Positions 59,592 to 64,000 of a stretch of 64,000 bases of DNA are shown here, in pieces. A program made the position numbers and the translations under genes. Below the pieces are notes generated by a model, which was not told where the DNA came from, did no database searches, and saw only the letters and a list, made by a program, of their open reading frames with translations. The stretch covers positions 11,589 to 75,588 of the forward strand of contig CAZJAJ010000003.1 in assembly GCA_964544335.1 (NCBI GenBank). Direction: 5' to 3'. Origin of the DNA: an uncultured Methanosarcinales archaeon (GTDB taxonomy: Archaea; Nanobdellota; Nanobdellia; Woesearchaeales; JABIAG01). Every line of letters starts with the position of its first letter. Within the stretch, counting starts at the first letter, position 1.

Positions 59592-60406
59592 TTGAGAGAA
59601 AATTTGTTTCAGAAAAAGTGAAAGAATTCCAAATTAAAGAATTCGTAGGTTCTGTACTAAGAAATGCAGGACAGTCTGAAGTAAAACTCAAGAAAACTCC
59701 TCTTGGTGAAAAAATCATTATTTCCGCTTCAAAACCTGGCCTTGTGGTTGGACGAAAGGGTGAGAACATCAAAATGCTCACTGCTGAAATGAAAAAGCGA
59801 TTCAAACTTGAAAATCCACAAATTGAGATTGAAGAAATCATGAATCCAAATCTTGATGCGCAAGTTGTTGCTGATAGAGTTGCATCATCACTTGAACGAT
59901 TTGGTGGTGGACGATTCAAAATGATTGGTCATAGAACACTTGGCGATATTATGAATGCTGGTGCTCTTGGTGCTGAAATTACTATCACAGGAAAAATTCC
60001 AAGTTCACGTGCTAAGCGTTGGAGATTTTATCAAGGATACCTTAAAAAATCAGGTCATATTGCACAAGCAGGCGTACTTAAAGCATACGCAGTTGCTGCA
60101 CTCAAGACTGGCATCATTGGTATTCAAGTAAGTATCCTTCCTTCAAGTGTTGTACTTCCTGATAGAGTAGAGCTTGTTAAAGAAGCAGAATCTGTTGTTG
60201 AAGAAAAAGACGCAAGTGAAGAGGAAGTAAAAGAAGAAGTTCAAAAAGCAGAGAAAGAAAAGAAGCCGGTTAAGAAAAAGGCTACTAAAAAATCTGCATC
60301 AAAAGAAAAAGAAGAGGATGTTGCTGAGCAACCAGTTGAAGCACCTGCTAAGACAGAAGAAACAACTGAAGAAGGTAAGGAAGTAGAGGAGAGTAAAGAA
60401 GAATGA
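59588..60406 (+). CDS. rps3: 30S ribosomal protein uS3
   Basis: KH motif PGLVVGRKG and GALGAEI; acidic tail. Confidence 0.96.
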   Translation: MIERKFVSEKVKEFQIKEFVGSVLRNAGQSEVKLKKTPLGEKIIISASKPGLVVGRKGENIKMLTAEMKKRFKLENPQIEIEEIMNPNLDAQVVADRVASSLERFGGGRFKMIGHRTLGDIMNAGALGAEITITGKIPSSRAKRWRFYQGYLKKSGHIAQAGVLKAYAVAALKTGIIGIQVSILPSSVVLPDRVELVKEAESVVEEKDASEEEVKEEVQKAEKEKKPVKKKATKKSASKEKEEDVAEQPVEAPAKTEETTEEGKEVEESKEE

Positions 60407-60594
60407 AATTCAAGGATCTTCAGGCACTTACCAAAGAGCAACTTGAAAAAAAAATGGAAGAACTCCAAGTTGAACTCATGAAAGATAGAGCTCAGATGTC
60501 TGCTGGCACACCGCCAAAAAACCCAGGACTAATGAGAGAAAGGAGACGGACTGTTGCAAAGATTAAGTCTTTGCAAGCAAAACAACATGAGTGA
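60403..60594 (+). CDS. rpl29: 50S ribosomal protein uL29
   Basis: NPG..RRTVAKI; operon position. Confidence 0.93.
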   Translation: MKFKDLQALTKEQLEKKMEELQVELMKDRAQMSAGTPPKNPGLMRERRRTVAKIKSLQAKQHE

Positions 60595-60910
60595 TATTGA
60601 TCCAATCACTGGCCTTCCAAAAGAACTTTCCGCATGGGAAGATATTGCAAAGGAAGCTCAAAAAATCACGGTTTACAAAACTAGAAAAAAGTTTGGTAAA
60701 CCCTACACAGTCATAGAGGGTATCGATGAAAAAAGCATCGATATCAAGAATGTTGCAAAGCAACTCAAGAACAAATTCGCTTGCGGTGGAACTGCAAAGA
60801 ATGGAATTATTGAATTGCAAGGCAATCATCACGCAAAAGTCAAAGCCGAACTGGTAAAACTTGGTTTTTCACCAGAAAGTATTGATGTACAAGACAAATT
60901 CAGAACATGA
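60587..60910 (+). CDS. translation initiation factor aIF1 (SUI1)
   Basis: LKNKFACGGT and IELQGNH. Confidence 0.95.
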   Translation: MSDIDPITGLPKELSAWEDIAKEAQKITVYKTRKKFGKPYTVIEGIDEKSIDIKNVAKQLKNKFACGGTAKNGIIELQGNHHAKVKAELVKLGFSPESIDVQDKFRT

Positions 60911-61350
60911 AAAAGGAAACAAAAATGAGTAAAGAAAAAGTAACGGACAAGGTATTAACCGTAAAGGGTAAGGCTCTTTGTGTAAAAAAGAAGTCTTACG
61001 TAGGTACTGTAGTGTCCACTAAAATGCAACGGACTGTAATCGTTGAGTGGGAACGTAAAGTATTCATCCCTAAGTATGAGCGATACCTAAAACGTAAAAC
61101 ACGTGTAAAGGCACACCAACCAGAAGGAATAGAAATTCAAGAAGGTGATAGAGTGCGTATCTTTGCTTGTAGACCTATTTCAAAGACCGTTAACCATGTA
61201 GTTATGGAAAACCTTGGTCAAGAAAAGAATTACCTGGTAACTAAAGAAGGTAAAGAAGAATCACGATCAGTTCACGAAAAACCTGAAGAGAAAGAAGCTA
61301 CTGAAGATGTAGCAACTAAAACAGAAGAAAGTGAGGATAAAGAAGAATGA
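60907..61350 (+). CDS. rps17: 30S ribosomal protein uS17
   Basis: GTVVSTKM, PKYERY and RPISKT. Confidence 0.95.
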   Translation: MKKETKMSKEKVTDKVLTVKGKALCVKKKSYVGTVVSTKMQRTVIVEWERKVFIPKYERYLKRKTRVKAHQPEGIEIQEGDRVRIFACRPISKTVNHVVMENLGQEKNYLVTKEGKEESRSVHEKPEEKEATEDVATKTEESEDKEE

Positions 61351-61748
61351 AAGCACTACGATCTCGAATCACCAAAGGCCTTACTGTAGGTAGCGTACTT
61401 AATCCATGTGACAACTCTGGTGCAAAGGTAGTACGAATTGTTGGTGTTAAACGATCACGAACTGTTAAAGGTCGAGCACCTGCTGCAGGTATTGCAGATC
61501 TTGTGCTTGTGAGTGTTAAGAAAGGACGACCTGATATGAGAAAACAAGTTGTTCCTGCAGTTATTGTTAGACAACGAAAAGAATTCAGACGTGCTGATGG
61601 TACTCGTGTTAAATTTGAAGACAACTCAGTTGTTATCCTCAAAGATGAACAAGGAAATCCTAAAGGTACCCTCTTTAAGGGTGCTATTGCAAAGGAAGTC
61701 ACTGAACGGTGGCCTGCAGTAGCAAAACTTGCGAGGATTGTAGTATGA
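61347..61748 (+). CDS. rpl14: 50S ribosomal protein uL14
   Basis: DNSGAK and FEDNSVV. Confidence 0.97.
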   Translation: MKALRSRITKGLTVGSVLNPCDNSGAKVVRIVGVKRSRTVKGRAPAAGIADLVLVSVKKGRPDMRKQVVPAVIVRQRKEFRRADGTRVKFEDNSVVILKDEQGNPKGTLFKGAIAKEVTERWPAVAKLARIVV

Positions 61749-62149
61749 AATCAGTATTTTCACTTGCATGGCTTTCCAGTAAGAGTCAAAGAAAACAGAG
61801 AAAATTCCGGTACAATGCACCGGCAAATGTGCGACACAACATGCTTGTTGCACCAGTATCAAAAGACCTTGCTAAAAAAGCAGGCGTTAAACGAATCACC
61901 GTTCGAAAGGGCGATACCGTAACAATCACCCGAGGTCAATACAAAAAACAGAGTGGTAAAGTTGCTCGAGTTGACTACGATAGACTAAAAGTCTTTGTAG
62001 AAGGTATTGGTCGAAAAAAAGTAGACGGAAGTATTTCACAATATCCAATCGATCCATCAAATGTACTGGTTACAGAGATGGTTAGTGATAAGAAAAGAAT
62101 CAAAGGAGTAAAGAAAGATGAGTCACCTAAAACGAATAGCAGCGCCTAA
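61745..62149 (+). CDS. rpl24: 50S ribosomal protein uL24
   Basis: RKQRK..YNAP, VRKGDTV and IDPSNV. Confidence 0.96.
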   Translation: MKSVFSLAWLSSKSQRKQRKFRYNAPANVRHNMLVAPVSKDLAKKAGVKRITVRKGDTVTITRGQYKKQSGKVARVDYDRLKVFVEGIGRKKVDGSISQYPIDPSNVLVTEMVSDKKRIKGVKKDESPKTNSSA

Positions 62150-62801
62150 GAATTGGGAAATTGCGCGAAAGGCAGCTACCTTTTTTGCACGACCAAACCC
62201 TGGTATGCATAGCTACGACTATGGTGTTCCATTGGTTTTCGTTATGCGAGAAAAGCTCCAACTAGGAAAGACTAGAAAAGAAATCAGAGATATCCTCAAC
62301 AAACAAGAAGTACTTGTTGATGGTAAACGACGAAAAGATCACAAATTCAATGTTGGGTTTATGGATGTAGTAACCTTCCCTAAACTTAAGAAATCATACC
62401 GTGTTGTTATTAACGCACGTGGTAAAATTGATGTTATTGAAATTAATGAAAAGGAAGCAAATCAAAAGATTGTTCGTGTAAAGAACAAGACTATGGTAAA
62501 GGGCAAACTACAGCTTAATCTAAGCGATGGACGAAATGTTCTAGCTGAGAAAGGTACATACAAAGTTAATGATTGCCTGGTTATTGAGCTTCCATCACAA
62601 AAGATTTTGAATCACTTTGCTTTTGAAAAAGGCGCAGCTATCCTACTTATTGGTGGTAGACACATGGGTACACAAGCTGTTGTTGAAAGTATTGAAGGCG
62701 ATACACTTGTTATTAGAACAGGTGATAATGAAATGTATGAAACTACAAAGAAAAATGCATACGTAATTGGTAAGGAGAAAGCACATATTCAAGTACAATG
62801 A
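62118..62801 (+). CDS. rps4e: 30S ribosomal protein eS4
   Basis: HLKRIAAP, VGFMDV and QLNLSDGRN. Confidence 0.96.
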   Translation: MSHLKRIAAPKNWEIARKAATFFARPNPGMHSYDYGVPLVFVMREKLQLGKTRKEIRDILNKQEVLVDGKRRKDHKFNVGFMDVVTFPKLKKSYRVVINARGKIDVIEINEKEANQKIVRVKNKTMVKGKLQLNLSDGRNVLAEKGTYKVNDCLVIELPSQKILNHFAFEKGAAILLIGGRHMGTQAVVESIEGDTLVIRTGDNEMYETTKKNAYVIGKEKAHIQVQ

Positions 62802-63313
62802 ATCCCATGCAAAAACTTAGGATAGAGAAAGTAACACTAAACATTGGTGTTGGTAAGAGTCAAGATAGACTTGACAAGGCAATTGCATTGCTTAAACTAC
62901 TTACTGACAGAGAACCTGTAAAGAATGTTACAAAGAAACGTATTCAAAGCTGGGGAATTCGACCTGGTCTTCCTATTGGCTGTAAAGTTACGCTACGAAA
63001 TGGTGTTGCAAGCCAAGTACTAAAGCGTCTTATTGAGGCAAAAGATAATGTCTTAAAAGATGGTAACTTTGACAAGGGTGGTAATGTATGCTTTGGTCTT
63101 GCAGAATATATTGATATTCCTGGTATGAAGTACAATCCAGATATTGGTAATATGGGTCTTCAAGTGTGTGTTAGTCTAACACGACCTGGTCTTAGAATTA
63201 CTAAACGTAAAATCAAACAAAAGAAACTACCTGAACATCACAAGGTGAGCAGAGACGAAGCTCTTGTATTCATGAAAGAACAATTTGGTGTGAAAGTAGG
63301 AGGAGAAGAATGA
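62798..63313 (+). CDS. rpl5: 50S ribosomal protein uL5
   Basis: IEKVTLNIGVG and IGCKVTLR. Confidence 0.97.
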   Translation: MNPMQKLRIEKVTLNIGVGKSQDRLDKAIALLKLLTDREPVKNVTKKRIQSWGIRPGLPIGCKVTLRNGVASQVLKRLIEAKDNVLKDGNFDKGGNVCFGLAEYIDIPGMKYNPDIGNMGLQVCVSLTRPGLRITKRKIKQKKLPEHHKVSRDEALVFMKEQFGVKVGGEE

Positions 63314-63540
63314 GTTCATCCAATCACGAAAAGGTATTCAAACAACTAAAGGTTAAACCTTGGATACTTAAAAAATTCAAAAAACACAATGCACCTAAAG
63401 ATAGGTCATGTGGTATTAACACTAAGAAGTGTACACGATGTGGAAGACGGCGAGCTGTTCTTGGACAGTATGGTCTTAATGTGTGCAGACAGTGTTTTAG
63501 AGAAAATTCAAAGGAGTTTGGTTTTACCCAATATAGTTAA
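63310..63540 (+). CDS. rps14: 30S ribosomal protein uS14 (Zn-binding, N-terminal extension)
   Basis: CTRCG...CRQCFRE. Confidence 0.95.
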   Translation: MSSSNHEKVFKQLKVKPWILKKFKKHNAPKDRSCGINTKKCTRCGRRRAVLGQYGLNVCRQCFRENSKEFGFTQYS

Positions 63541-63541
63541 A

Positions 63542-63931
63542 ATGTTAAACGATACACTCGCAAATGCTTTATGCATAACCTTGAATGCTGAGAAGGCACG
63601 AAAGAACACAGTAGATATTAGACCTACGTCTAAAATTATTGAACAAGTGCTTAACATTCTCAATGAACGAGGATATGTTGGAAGCAATGAGCGAATTAAA
63701 GAAATTGGTGGAGAAAAGATTGTACTTAATCTTCTTGGTAAGATTAACAAGTGTGGTGCAATTAAGCCACGACTGAGTATTAAATTTGCAGACATTGAGA
63801 AGTTTGAAAAGAGATACCTTCCAGCTTCTGGATTTGGTCTACTAATTATTTCAACGCCGCAAGGCATCATTACAAACGAGGAAGCTCGTAAGAAAAGAAT
63901 TGGAGGAAAGCTCCTAGCATACTGTTACTAA
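63542..63931 (+). CDS. rps8: 30S ribosomal protein uS8
   Basis: DTLANAL, INKCGAIKPR and GGKLLAY. Confidence 0.96.
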   Translation: MLNDTLANALCITLNAEKARKNTVDIRPTSKIIEQVLNILNERGYVGSNERIKEIGGEKIVLNLLGKINKCGAIKPRLSIKFADIEKFEKRYLPASGFGLLIISTPQGIITNEEARKKRIGGKLLAYCY

Positions 63932-63932
63932 A

Positions 63933-64000
63933 ATGAAAGAGAAAAAAAGTTTGGATAAAGCATTGGAACTTCCAGAAGGAGTAAGTGCAGAAGTTACACC
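63933..64000 (+). CDS. rpl6: 50S ribosomal protein uL6, partial (runs off window end)
   Basis: MKEKKSLDKALELPEGVSAEVT directly after rps8. Confidence 0.8.
   Translation, partial: MKEKKSLDKALELPEGVSAEVT

Overview
This is a gene-dense, AT-rich archaeal chromosome segment, most consistent with a DPANN archaeon of the Woesearchaeota type. The main clues are a fused PriS-PriL primase, a uS14 with an N-terminal extension, bacterial-type GyrA and LeuRS, and TrmB and tandem-Lrp regulators. It is mostly core information-processing genes: ABCE1, TrmI, Topo VI, Rio1/Dim2, DnaG, TrpRS, LeuRS, the S13-S4-S11-RpoD-L18e-L13-S9-RpoN operon, GyrA, ScpB, RNase J, PCNA, TFE, Hef, primase and the L3-to-L6 ribosomal cluster. 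It also holds three tRNAs (Cys with an intron, Arg, Leu), SRP RNA and RNase P RNA. No CRISPR array, rRNA, integrase or transposase was seen. The most unusual signals are: (1) a free-standing LAGLIDADG endonuclease between two tRNA genes, reading antisense into a tRNA-Cys whose intron carries C/D-box and K-turn motifs; (2) non-canonical RNA architectures, namely an SRP RNA apparently lacking helix 6 and an RNase P RNA with P13/P14-like helices, no P16/P17 and a degenerate second 3' end; (3) structured leaders before dnaG, rps13 (pseudoknot) and rpl3; (4) an ABCE1 that has lost exactly one of its two Fe-S cluster ligand sets. All calls are by manual motif recognition and hand folding; no searches were run.
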